Assembly (NCBI GenBank): GCA_053919585.1
Contig: CM132786.1
DNA from: Euprymna scolopes
Lineage: Eukaryota
Length of the DNA stretch: 64,000 nt
Reading direction: 5' to 3' (one strand)
Shown piece after piece: positions 12,510 through 24,739 of the stretch. Position numbers and translations under genes: made by a program. A model generated the notes under the pieces. The model did not search any database. It was not told the origin of the DNA and saw nothing but the letters and a program-made list of their open reading frames with translations. Within the stretch, counting starts at the first letter, position 1. Every line of letters starts with the position of its first letter.

Positions 12510-12544
12510 TTATGCTCCCCAGACCTCTATTAGTATAAATCGAC

Positions 12545-12920
12545 ATTTATGAATCAAGGGATTTGGCAGGTTCCAACCTAACAGATTCTATTCTCTTTCA
12601 AACAAATAGATCAATTAATTTCAAATATTGGACCGTTTTTCTATCTACCCATTAAACTAAACGTAAGTTTAACGTAACCTTACTGAACGTAACCAATAAA
12701 ATTTCTAACCTTGAGATCCGATTAGAAACATTCAAATCATTGAGTTATTAAACCACCGATTGATAGATATTCTGATTAGTATAATTGCAAATAAACTGTT
12801 TTTTTTTTTCTTTATAATTAATTGATTGCGATTAAAGACTACAGGTTCACCGGGTGTTGTTCGGATATAAAAAAAAAATTGAGAGATGTTTAAACATATG
12901 CAGATTTAATTTGCATTAAT
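12545..12920 (+). repeat. Unclassified dispersed repeat, copy 2
   Basis: Direct, diverged copy of ~5510-5875 (offset 7052 at the anchor). Confidence 0.8.
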
Positions 12921-12937
12921 ATCCTGTAGCATCCACA

Positions 12938-12942
<5 letters not shown>

Positions 12943-12990
<48 letters not shown>
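12943..12990. repeat. (TA)n microsatellite
   Basis: Pure TA run. Confidence 0.97.
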
Positions 12991-12991
<1 letters not shown>

Positions 12992-13579
12992 TAGTAATAT
13001 CCAGAAGGTTGTGTTGTATTGTTTGATTCCTTGCTTGCCCCCCCTAAATCTTTTACCTCAGCATAATGAATAGATCTGAGTTTCACTTCACAAGAATGTT
13101 GTTGATTGGTGCAAGCCATAAATACGGACAGGCATAACAGCCTGAGAGATAAGTTGAAAAATAAAGCCTAAAATGTGAGCATATTGCCTGCTATGATTAC
13201 AAGCAACCGTTGATTTAGGTGACTAGATTTTATGATTCGATTAGTAGCTAAGGCCACTCATCTAGTTTCAAATATATTCATTTTTCAGCACATATTAATG
13301 TTTTGTATGGGGAATTAAATAGTCAACAGCGATTGACACTAGAATAAGTGATAAAAATGGAATGATTTAAATAATTAAAAGGAAGGAGAAGGAGGGTAGA
13401 AAGGCGGAACAGAAAACAAGAAAAAGATACAGGGAAGCAATAAGACTGAAATAATGTAGTCAGCCTTTGTGAAAGCATTTCCGTTGTTATTTAACTGAAA
13501 ACAAGCAACTGTGGCTACTATTTGGACCACATTTACAGGAATATTATATCGAGAGTTGAGAAATTATATATATGCATAC

Positions 13580-13800
13580 ATTACATTTGAACTTCTGCAT
13601 GTCAGTACAGTAAAGGAAGCAGGGACCTTGGGTGGGAATTCCAAAGTTTACCAATTCGAGAGAAGAAACTAGTTAAATAGAAGGCTTTCCGACATTTGGG
13701 ATCTCTATACTGCAGCGATATGATTTTGCTGCTTGCCCCGGGGTATTTATGCGGAGGGGTATAATTCATTTGAGTTCGTCAGAGCATATTCTATTAAAAT
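13580..13800 (-). mobile_element. Degenerate CR1/L2-group LINE 3' fragment
   Basis: TTGAACTTCTGCATGTCAGTACAG...GGAAGCAGG...GGGAATTCCAAAGT matches 11768-11828. Confidence 0.7.
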
Positions 13801-14003
13801 TTGAAATAAACCGATTAATAATTGAAAGATAGATGAAATGGGAAGAGGGAAACGTTTTAAAAAGAATAGAAATACGGAGTAGACAAAAAAAAAAGAAAGA
13901 TATAGCGGGAAACAGAAAAAAGATAAAGAGTTTATTATGATATACCTATGTATTTTGATTTAATGATATTCGTTTATTTATGATATTGCCTACAATTTTT
14001 ATA

Positions 14004-15267
14004 TCAGGTTGACGGTAAAGTGCTTGCGGTGTTTAACTTTTAAATTCAGATAAACATATCTCGGCTAAAACAAAAATACATTAATCGAAATAAGCACCAA
14101 CAGAGTCAACATACTTTTGCTAATGCAAAACAATTGTATTTATGCCAGTAACGTAAAAAATACTTATCTTTTAGCTGCGATGTAGTCGCTGAAGGGGTTT
14201 TTGATAACGTTTAGGTTTTTTAAGCATTTCTCACCAATTATATTATCGATATGCTTGAGAAAATAGTAGTCAGTAGAGGTAAGGTCCGGAGTGTGGCGGA
14301 TAAGGCAGAATTTCGTAGCCGAATTCGTTCAACTTCTAGGCGGTCGGGTTAGCAACGTACGGTCAGGTATTGTCGTTGAGGAGAATTGGGTATTTCCTGT
14401 TGATTAATACTGGGTTGTGTTGGTGAAGTTTCTAATAAATTTCATTCATTTGATGATCGTACTTATATGTCGTAATGGTTTCGCCTGCATTAAAAAAACT
14501 GTGATGTATGAATCCGGTTGGAGACCACCAAACAGTCAACATGATCTTCTTTGGTGCAATTGTGGCTTCGGGAAGTGTCCTGGAGCTTTGTCGGTGTTTA
14601 ATCACTGAGCTGAACGTTGCCGGTTGTCGTAATGAACACATTTTTCCTCACAAGTCACAACCCGGTCGAGTAACGGGTTGTTCTTGTTGCATAAATGCAT
14701 GGAAGATGGCACTTCATAACGGTGTATCTTTTGGTTGTCGTTATATTCGTGAGGCATCTATATATCAAGTTCTTCTGTCCTTTCAATCTCTTTCGATTAG
14801 TTGGAAATCGCCGTATACGTTGTCTAATCCAGAACGAAGTACTCGAACAGTTGTGCGTAGATTGTCATCGACTAAGACTCGTAATTGATCGTTGTCAACA
14901 TCCGATGGCTGACCAGCTTCAAGAATCTTGTCCCGCCACAAAATTTCTTAAATCATTTTTGTGCTTGGTGTTCAATAGTGGTCCAGGGCTAAACACTTTG
15001 TTGATATCGCGGGCTGTTTTGTAGCTTTTCGACCTATTTTGAATTTAAATAAGAAAATTGGGCGAATTTGCTTTTTATTCGATCTCGTATTCAACGTTTA
15101 AAAAAAAACATAATTATTTTAAAACGAGTGTAATTTAAACAATTAGATAGAACGAAAACGCTCTTAAAACTGATATACAGCGTAAAGGTATTATAACGAA
15201 AACTTATTTTAAATTACATCATTTTAAATCCAAATTTTAAAATTCCGCAAGTTTCTTTTCAACCTAA
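14004..15267 (-). mobile_element. Full-length decayed mariner (Hsmar1/cecropia-like)
   Basis: TA-flanked TIRs TCAGGTTG...CTTGCGG and CCGCAAG...CAACCTAA; 1,264 bp; KKIMLTVWWS..GFIHHSF..GETIT; decayed PDL.STDY; GAYFD* stop at 14081-14083. Confidence 0.88.
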
Positions 15268-17552
15268 TATTTATAATCAATATTAAAATTGTTGCTACAT
15301 TTTATAATTGTAATATACGTCTATTAAAGTTGTACATTCTAACGAAAGCGAATAGAAATATGGCGGATTAAACACTACAAGTTGATAACATGCCACATAT
15401 AAGAAGAACAGATATTATTAAGATGCTTGCAATTATTGATGAGAATTATATGCGAAATATTTTAAACGTGACAGACCACCTGACAAACAATTCCTATTAA
15501 AGCGAAACTTGGATGCTGCAAACATGAGATACGTCCATTCAAGTTACTTTTTTTATTTATTTTACTTGACTCAGAGTTCTAAGAAATCGAGGAGCCCCAA
15601 TTTGTTGGATTAAATGAGATACAGAGATATTACGATATTCCATTGGATTACTAAAGAAGTTTATATTATTTTCCCCTCCTCAATTAACCATTTAAATAGT
15701 TTAGGGTCTATTTTTCTTGTGGTATCTTTGTCTTACGAGCTACCAGGACGAGAATTCCTATAGTCTGGTGAAATATCCAAGTTCATGCTATATATGAGGT
15801 AACATCACTTGGAGTAGACGCATCATTCCTCGTAAAAGCGAGTATAGATTAACCATGCCGAGGTTTTATTTTCGCCCGAATACTATGTGGTTTTGAATTT
15901 GTAGACAGGGTTTACTTGTAAGGAAAAGTAGCAGGTTATCAAAAAAAAAAAAAATTCTGTCAAGAAAGACCTTAGACATTCGAGTGTTGTATCACGTAGA
16001 CATTTGAAGCTTTTAATATAAGCCTGACAGACCAACATATAAACCGACTAATGGACCGCTGGAAAGAATCACAAGGACAACAACAGGTAAAAAATAAAAC
16101 CGTTTGTCGTGTAAAAACGGGATTCTCTGTCAGTCTATAACCGAAAGGATGTTCTAATTATTTTTAAAATCGTCGGATGTATTTACATTTCATGCGATAG
16201 GTTTGCAATCCAATACACTTTATAAAAATATATAAAATCAAGCTTTATAAAGATATAAAATATATCGTAGCCAACAAGCAATCAGGGAAGTAAAGGTTCC
16301 TACGTAGTTAACAATATGAATTGACAATCTAGGTGTGCCAGGTTCGAATCTAGTTCGTTCCACAATTACACTTTCACTTAGTGATGTTGGTAGGCTTCAC
16401 GTGGTTCATTCCGTAAGTACCCGATGTCTTTCTAGAAATAATTCTCACTAGAAAGATAATCGGACTCGATTTTAAAAGTTTCCCAAATTGAAAGAAATGT
16501 TTGGACAGGGAAAATTTTAGGGAAACATTGTTAATGAATGTTTTAATTTAATACTCGAATGTGAGAGAGGGAGAGAAATGGTAGATGATGAACTAAAACG
16601 AAATATCATAAGTTCACAAAAAGATATAAAAAAATAAAAGTTTACATTAATATGAAATCACAAAATGTTGGTTAATAGTTTTAAAATCTCGTAGAAAAAT
16701 TGGGTTAGGGTTAGTTAAGATACCAAAAAGACTTAATCGATAATTTAAGGACCATGAATTATCCACGGGTTTGAAAATCGGGATCAAAACTTCCACACTC
16801 AATTATGCAAATTAGATTTGATTGAAAGTTATTATTAAGAGTCAATGTTCATTTATTTTCATTATAGAAAGAAAGTTCAGTAATAAAATGAGGGGTATTT
16901 GAAATAAGTTAAACAATTATTTGTGATGAGCAGACGATAATAAAAAAAAGTCAATGACATATATGCATGCGTATGTTAGTGTCTGCGTGCGTATGCACTT
17001 GACTGTGTGTATGTGTTATATGAGTAACATCAAACCACGGTCCTCATTGGGCCTACCGAAATCCGATAGAGGGATGAAGAGGGATGCTAAGGTAAAAAAT
17101 AGATATTAACTCTATCTTGGATTTGGGCTAAACAACACATCGAAAAAAATGTGCATTTTTTTGCATTTCAGGCTAAATCAAACCGGAGTTTTATAAATTA
17201 TCTGAAATTTACTGGATTGGCTTAAAATATATTTATTTGTTTTAATTAGTTGAAACGAATTTATGAGAACCAACCGCAAAGACCGTTTTGAATATTTTCA
17301 AGTTTAGCGGCGACAAGATTTTGCTAGCTGCAGACATCAAGCGAAATGAACATCATTTATAAGCATCTGATTCATGTCAAATGAATAGACGATACTCATC
17401 AATAAACAATACGAAACAAATTACAACGAAATAATTCGGTCATCGATCAATCAGTCTGCCACATTTAAGTTTTACACAATAAGTTTGTCGCTCTGTCGAA
17501 GGACAGTTTCAAATAGAATTTTCGTCGTAAAACACAGGGAAAAACTGAAACC

Positions 17553-18697
17553 AATGTCTGTCCAGAGGAGCAAGAGGTACGGGTCTCTTAGAGATTAACT
17601 ATCAGTTACTATCAGAAACTATTAGAGATTGACTACCGTGCAACTACCGTCAGCAACGGACAATATCTTATGAGCTCCCAAAATCTAAACCTAAAAAGGT
17701 GCACACACATCATAAAATAAGGGCCAGCAAAACAACGTACATCACGAAATTGGCCAAGAATTTTGGACACATGAGACAGAATGAGAAAACAAGCCTGCTA
17801 TAAAAGTAGCCCAAAAGAGTCGATAAAAAATATACAGAGAACTTCCATTTCAAAACAGCTGGAAGAATGGGCCAATAAACAGCATATCAAGTATTTTCTG
17901 GATGAATTCATCCAAGATTATAATGATAAAGAAAACCCCATAGGCTAGCTGAAAAGGAGATTGCGCCACTACCATCAGGAGAGAATTATAATGGCTGCCC
18001 AAGATCAAGGCTTGGTGACCAATGCTTTTAAGAAAATGAGTTGTCTAAGCATTTCAGCAAGTGTAGGGTCTGTCACACAGCAGTAGAGAGTATGGGCCAT
18101 CTAACATCCAACCGTGAAGTTCTGATGAGGAGCGGTTATTATACACAATAGAGTGTGTATATATTTTCACTGGGCGATCTGTAAAAAGTTGACTCTTGAA
18201 TGCAGCAGCAGGTACTGGAAACATATACCAGAAAGAACAGCCGGAATTAGGTTATACACCGACTATGACTATTCAATTCCTACAGCTACGATCCTAGAAA
18301 ACACAGCTATAAAACCTGGCATAGTGATATGAGAAAGAAGCAATCCTAGTAAAAGTTAGTGTCTCCAGTGGTGCTAGATTAAACAGAGTTGGAGTGAAAA
18401 TATAACGAAATGCCAAGGTCTTTTGTAAGACAAGGAAAGAAACTGGAATCTTACGATGTATATAATACCAGTCATTATATGGGAAACTGTGCTCATGAAA
18501 ATAATTTCAAAAATTACCTGACAAATATACCCGGTGGACCAAGCGCAAGAGAGATCCAAACAATTGCACTTAAAGGGATGGTCAGAATTAAAAAAAAAGC
18601 TCTCTCGGTTAGAATATCTGAGCGGGTTTACGTTTAGCATCCCGTAGGATGTCCAATCCCCAGCTTGAAAAGACTGATAGGAAAAAATAAAAAAAAA
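17553..18697 (+). mobile_element. R4/Dong-like (restriction-like endonuclease) non-LTR retrotransposon 3' portion, pseudogenised
   Basis: AAQDQGLVTNA (~17994), zinc knuckle KCRVCHTAVESMGHL (~18059), KPGIVI (decayed PD motif, ~18312), IPVII; A-rich tail at 18682-18697. Confidence 0.8.
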
Positions 18698-18716
18698 GAA
18701 AAGATAACGACGTGAA

Positions 18717-18989
18717 AAGAAACTGGAATCTTATGAAGATTTCTATCATTTCAATAATTATCGTAGCAACTGAACGCATGATAACATTTTAAAAACTACG
18801 CGGCAGATATACCCGGTGAACCAAATGCAAGAGAGATAAAACAATTGTACTTTCAAAGGATAATCAAAATATTTATTTTTTAAATATATATCAGTTTGAT
18901 TATATAAGATACCAAGTGAATGTTTGGCATCTGGCAGGATGACCCATCCTCAACTTGAACAAAATGATAGGAAAATTGAAAAAAAAAAA
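18717..18989 (+). mobile_element. Second, diverged R4-like 3' end in tandem
   Basis: Aligns with 18437-18697 (AAGAAACTGGAATCTTA...ATATACCCGGTG.ACCAA.GCAAGAGAGAT...TGATAGGAAAA + polyA). Confidence 0.8.
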
Positions 18990-19535
18990 GCAGATTGAGT
19001 TAGACGCATCTCAATACCATCCATCATTGTCACATGAAAATAGACTTCAGAATTGAAGCATAGACAACGACACAAAGACCAGATTAAAATAATCTGATTT
19101 TGAAATAAAAAAGTTGATTTTAAATCATCCAGAACTTCACAGCCTGCAGCATATAGTCGGCCATATTGGATGGGGCATGCGTGTGTGCTGTTGCATATTT
19201 ATGAGCTCATCAATGATGGCGTTAATCTTTCAGACGTAACAATGTCGACATTGATGCAGACTGATATTAGAATATATTATTTTACATTAATCGGATTTAA
19301 ATGGATTAATGAGTAGGTCACACGACGGATTAACATTATCCGGTAATTAATGTCCGAAATGTAAACAATTACAGTCGATGTTTTGAAAAGAATCGACGGG
19401 CTAATTATCCGTGCTTTTCCTGAAAAAAACAATATTTTATGCTTTCGTTATAAATTTTTTAATTATATCTATTATGTAATGAACTGCAATTATTATGTAT
19501 ATTTTGTGTCTGTATTATCTGTTTCTTTCTTTGTC

Positions 19536-19721
19536 NNNNNNNNNNNNNNNNNNNNNNNNNNNNNNNNNNNNNNNNNNNNNNNNNNNNNNNNNNNNNNNNN
19601 NNNNNNNNNNNNNNNNNNNNNNNNNNNNNNNNNNNNNNNNNNNNNNNNNNNNNNNNNNNNNNNNNNNNNNNNNNNNNNNNNNNNNNNNNNNNNNNNNNNN
19701 NNNNNNNNNNNNNNNNNNNNN
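19536..19721. other. Assembly gap (186 N)
   Basis: Run of N. Confidence 1.
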
Positions 19722-19967
19722 CCCCGTACATTTCTTCAAGTATTTATGCTGATTTCTTTATGAGACAACACTGAAAAAAACATTATTTGACAAAATGAAA
19801 AGTAGCCTGTCTGCAACATATATATAACAGAGTTAATTTATTTTCCCCTCAAAATAACTCAAAATATAACCATTAAAAGGTAAATCCCTAGCAACAAAAG
19901 TGAGTACACCCCTAAGAAATTACACCCTTACAAAGTGAGTACAATTAAAAAAAAAACTACACCCTTA

Positions 19968-21255
19968 CGAGGGTGTGCAATAAGTAATGCCCCTCACCCA
20001 CTTCCCATATAGAGAAACGAAACTTGACACAGTTAGTAGTCTTTCTCTATATAGGAACCACCCAGAGTTATGCATTTCTCCCATCGTTTGATGCAGCTCT
20101 GGAGACCGTTTTTGTAGAACACTCCAGGTTGGTCCTCCAACCACGACGTGACTTCAGAAATCAAGGATGCATCATCTGGGAAACGCTTTCCTTTCAAAAA
20201 CAACTTCATGGCTGAGAAGAGCTGAAAGTCAGAGGGTGCAAGGTTAGGAGAGTAGGGAGGATGGGAAAGAATTTCATAACCACACGCCCGTGCTTCTGAT
20301 CTGGCGACATGCGATTTGTAGACCGGAGTGTTGTCCTGCAGGAGGAGGGTACCTTTGCTGATCTTGCCCCGCCTCTTGATTTTGATAGCTTCCCTTAATT
20401 TCCTCAAAAGTGAAGCATAATAGGTTACTGTAATTGTGGTACCCTTTACCAGGAAATCTGTCATCACTACTCCGTTCTGGTCCCATAAGACTGAGCATGA
20501 CCTTGCCAGTGGAGGGCTGTACCCTTACCTTCTTTGGAGGTGGCAAGTTCACGTGCTTCCACTGCATTGACTGGGCTTTTGTTTCTGGATCATAGTGATG
20601 GACGCAGGTTACATCCTGTGTAATCAGTCTTTTGAAAAACTTTGACTCATCTTCTTGGCACATCTCCAAATTCATCTTCGAGCACTCGACACGTTCTCGC
20701 TTCTGGAATGGTGTGAGCAACCAGGGAATTCATATGGCAGACACCTTATACATATGCAAATGGTTATGCATAATAGTTTCCACAAACCCTGTACTAATCT
20801 TGATATCTTGGGCTATTTGGCGAATAGTAATGCGTCGATCTTTCAAAATGGCAGCCTCAACTTGACGGACAGATGCCTCATGAATAGCAGAAGGGGGGGG
20901 GGGGCGACCAGGTCTTGTAGCTGTTTCCACAGACTTCCGGCCATATTTGAATTCACGATGCCAGCGTTATACAAGGTCATATGATGGGGCATTATCACCA
21001 TAAGTTTCTTTCATTTCATCAAAAGTCTCCTGTGGTGTGCATCTTTTCAAATACAAAAAACGGGATCACTGCTCGACATTCAACATGCTCCATTTCACAC
21101 CTGACTCAGTTCAAACACCTGTTAAACAGAAACCACAATTAGTTCAGAGCTGTAATTTGCCACCCGTAGATATATAATTCATTGCACATGCAAAATTTCA
21201 GCTAGATCAGACAACTGGAAGTAGGTCAGGGGCATTACTTATTGCACGCCCTTCG
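19968..21255 (-). mobile_element. Full-length mariner (irritans-like), frameshifted, inserted in Tc1
   Basis: TA TSD at 19966-67 and 21256-57; ~38-bp TIRs (CGAGGGTGTGCAATAAGTAATGCCCCT...); motifs LITQD..VHHYDPETK, LLQDN, HPPYSPNLAPSDF; ATG at 21093, stop ~20033. Confidence 0.95.
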
Positions 21256-21688
21256 TAAATGTCTAAATTTAGTACTGCTTGTTGCCCTCCAAAATGTCAT
21301 GTAACTCACTATTGTAACTATGCCATGTGTTCATAGGAAACAGGTGTATTCAAATTTGTTGTGCAGCTCTCACACTCTCTCTTACCAGTCAATGAAAGTT
21401 CCAACATGGAACCACATGGCAAAGAACTTTCTGAGTATCTTAAAAAACGTAATGTTGCGCTACATATAGATGACCAAGGCTACAAGAAGATTGCTAACAC
21501 TTTGAAACTAAGCTGAAACACAGTGGCTAAGATCATCCAGCATTTTAAAAGAGCAGGGTCTACTCAGAATATGTCTCGAGTAGGTCGTCTAAAGAAGCTG
21601 AGTGACCGTGCTGAAAGTAACATCCAAATACTTTCTTTGAAAGATCGGCATAGGAGTGCTGTTAGCATTGCCGCAGAGATTAAAGAGG

Positions 21689-23580
21689 GTTTTTTTTTTT
21701 ACAACGGCGTCACCACTTATCAAGGCCGATAGGCCACTCAAGGATAAGGGTTAAAAAGTGTAGAGTAGTCAAAAGGACAATATAGTAATCGATAGTAATG
21801 GAAGTTCGGTAAATTTGTTAACTTAAGTGGAACGGGTCATCAGAAACTTGTTCACGTTGGACTTGAAGACAACCATATTATAGACAGCTGGAAAGCAGGA
21901 AAACGGAAGACAATTCCACAGGCGTGCAGTTCTAAGAAAGAAGCTTTGATCATGGAATCTATGTTTAGGTTTAGGTACAGATAAAGAGTGGGGGAAATTA
22001 TTGATAATGTTTTCAGCTAGTCTAGTGTTTCTTGTGAAAGTTTGGCGAGGGGGGACCATAGATTGAAGCTCAGTTGAACACTTTCCATGAAAATAACGAT
22101 AAAGCAGAGACAAACTCGTAATATCTCTTCTGTGAGATAGAGGTTGAAGCGAAGAGAAAAGGACATCTCCCACCAGGCCACGAAGTCTATTTTAAACCCT
22201 ATCAAGGCAGGACATGTCTTTTCTAGCAGCTCCTTCCCATATGTGGCAACAGTATTCCATCCTTGGACGTATCTGGCTCTTATATAGATAGAGAATTGCA
22301 ACAGCAGTGAGATATCTACTGGATCGATAGAAGGATCCCACCATTTTTCCAGCGGCCTTGGCAACAGATTTGATGTACGTATTCCATTTAAGATCAGGAG
22401 TAAAGGTCAAGCCCAGAAGCCTGTCAAAACTTGAGGCCTCCCCAAGATGAGAGCCATTCATTTCAATTGATGCCAGATGGGGATCAGAAGGTTGATGATG
22501 TAAAGATAGAAGCTTGATTTTAGATGTATTAAAAGTAACCAGCCACTCCTTTCCCCATTGTACAACGTGATCAAGATCAGAGGAGAGAGAATCGGAGAGA
22601 ACTTGGTCGTTTACTGTCTTAGATGTGCTACCATAGATGGTAGTATCGTCAGCAAAAATGTCTACGAATGATGTAAGGATGTGATTTGGAAGATCATTAA
22701 TGTAGATCAGGAAAAGAGTTGGGCCCAGGATGGACCCCTGAGGGACTCCAGCATTTATACTGTGAGCTTCTGATTTTTGCCTATCAACTACTACTCTTAT
22801 GAACCTATCAGAGAGAAATAATTCAATATTTGAGAAGACATGTACAGCTATACCATAGCTGGAGATCTTGTGAAGTAAACCTTTATGCCACGCCCTATCA
22901 AAGGCCTTTGATATGTCAAGAGCAATTGCCCTAGAAAGGTATCCTCTGTCGAGAGATTCGCTAATCCTATGAGATATAACTGTAAGCACATCTGCTGTAG
23001 ATCTAGCAGAACGGAAACCATATTGTGTGTCACTAAGAAGGTTATTTTTGCTGAGATGGTTGATTACTTCTCTATTTAACACAGATTCCAGCAACTTACT
23101 TTTGACGCACAGGAGACTTATTGGCCTGTACTGAGAGAGGGATGAACGATCACCTGAATTCTTAAATACAGGGCATACTGATGAGATTTTCCAGGGTGAT
23201 GGGAAGCAATTTTCATTTAGACAACGTTTAAACAGTTTTGTAAGTATGTGTGCTAGTTCTGGTTGAAGTTTTTTGAGTACTATAATTGGAATACCGTCAG
23301 GGTCGGTTGCTTTACTGGAATCAAGGTTTTTGATTAGCTTGGCAACATCACATACATATATTTGTATATCACATAGTGTGTTTCCTGATACAGACGGACA
23401 TATTGGGGGTTGGCGGCCTTGGTCGCAAAGGGTAGAATTGGCTACAAAGTTCTTGGCAAAGAGTTTAGCTTTGTCTGATGTTGACGAGATTAACTCAGGT
23501 CCATTGATGATAGTTGGGATAGAGCACACGCTTCTGTTCAGGATTCTGTTTGCAATTTGCCAAAACTGGTGGTTGCGCCT
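21689..23580 (-). mobile_element. 5'-truncated CR1/L2-group LINE inserted in Tc1
   Basis: Poly(A) tail (T run at 21689-21700), ~120-bp 3'UTR, RT ORF; 5' end reads HQFWQIANRILNR at the junction with the Tc1 ORF. Confidence 0.93.
21823..23575 (-). pseudogene. LINE reverse transcriptase (ORF2) with one premature in-frame stop
   Basis: YRPISLL, QYGFRSARST, LDISKAFDR, GVPQGSILGPTLF, FADD; ORFs 22192-23529 and 21823-22173 are in the same frame, separated by TAA at 22192-22194. Confidence 0.93.
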
Positions 23581-24051
23581 CAGTCTGTTAATGTTCAGAG
23601 CATACGCTGCACACTACATCAAAATGGTGTGCATGGCTCTCACCTCATGAGGCAGCCTCTTCTGGACACAATACACAAGAAAGCCCGGAAACAGTTTACT
23701 GAAGACATGTCAACAAAGCCCATAGATTACCGGAACCATGCCCTGTTTGCTGATGAGACGAAATTTAATTTGTTTGGTTCTGATGGCTTAAGCATGTGTG
23801 GCGGCGACCAGGTGAGGAGTATAAAGAAAAGTGCGTCATGCCTGCAGTCAAGCTTGGTTGTGGGAATGTCATGGTTTGAGGCTGCATGGGTGCTGCATGT
23901 ATTGGAAAGGTACATTTCATTAAGGGAAACATGAACTCCACGTACTGTAAAAATCTGCAGCAGAGCATGATATCTTTGCTCTAGAAACTGGGTCCCAGAG
24001 CAGAGTTCCGGCATGACAATGGCCCAAAACATATGCAAGACAACCACTGTT

Positions 24052-24720
24052 GTGTTGAGGCTGCCCTTATATAGGATCTCAAAAGTATTTTATTTCGGTT
24101 GAGTTCGGCTGTGCTCTTCTTGTAATTCCTCCGCTAATGTTTGGATAAGATTTTCCTCGTTGTGTCTGAAGTTTTTGTTTGCACTGTTCAGCTTTTGTAT
24201 TTCAATTACGTTTGTCTTTTGTGTTTTTGTTGTTTATGATTCTTTGTAGTATTTGCTTCCTCTTTTTCATCGTTATTTTTCAATCCATTTTTATAATTTG
24301 TGTTTCTTTTCTATATTTTCTGATGAAATGGTAAATGAAACTTTTAGTTTGATTTCTTATCCAGGCTCCGTCGATCCTTTCTTTTGGTCAGTTTATTTTC
24401 TGCTTTAAATTTCATTCTGATTGATTTGACCCTGCATATATTCAAATGTTTAGATCTATTATTATAATTGTTTAGATATATGTGAGGATTCTATGTTGTT
24501 AATTTCAATTTTTGTCCATTTTGTGGTTCCTAATTAATATTAGTTTTATTTTCTCTCCGTACATAAACCGTATGATATTTGTTTTCAGTGATTTCCTAGT
24601 CTTTAGTTTCCTCAGTTTCAGTGTAAATATTTGGCCCTTCTTATGCCTGTGGATTTTCAACAAGTGATTTCCTTGATACATAAAATTATTTTCCTTTACT
24701 TTTAGTCCCATTACTCCCAA
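24052..24720 (-). mobile_element. Degenerate non-LTR retroelement 3' fragment (RTE-like?)
   Basis: Strongly A-rich minus strand with AWIRNQTK-like trace; abuts and truncates the Tc1. Confidence 0.35.
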
Positions 24721-24739
24721 CTCAGTGACTTAGTCCAGA

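Larger units (their letters stand above)
19722..24050 (+). mobile_element. Tc1 (DD34E, IR-DR type) transposon interrupted by a mariner and a LINE; 3' truncated
   Basis: Left IR with CAAAAGTGAGTACACCCC (19895); ORF from ATG 21406 MEPHGKELSE.LKKR...GYKKIANTLKLS*; resumes at ~23580 with QSIRCTLHQ...ADETKFNLFGSDG...HDNGPKH. Confidence 0.88.

Noticed and set aside
16290-16365. tRNA gene (GGTTCGAATC B-box, ending CCA)
   Set aside because: No convincing cloverleaf or A-box; at most a decayed tRNA-derived SINE head.
16700-16718. Telomere-like GGGTTAGGGTTAG
   Set aside because: Only two units; expected by chance or from a TE-borne motif.
19383-19763. ORFs spanning X runs
   Set aside because: Artefacts of the N gap.
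22192-23529. Bacterial retron/DGR/group II RT system associated with the repeat array
   Set aside because: Motifs, poly(A) tail and sister 3' fragments identify an ordinary non-LTR LINE 8 kb from the array; nothing links it to the satellite.
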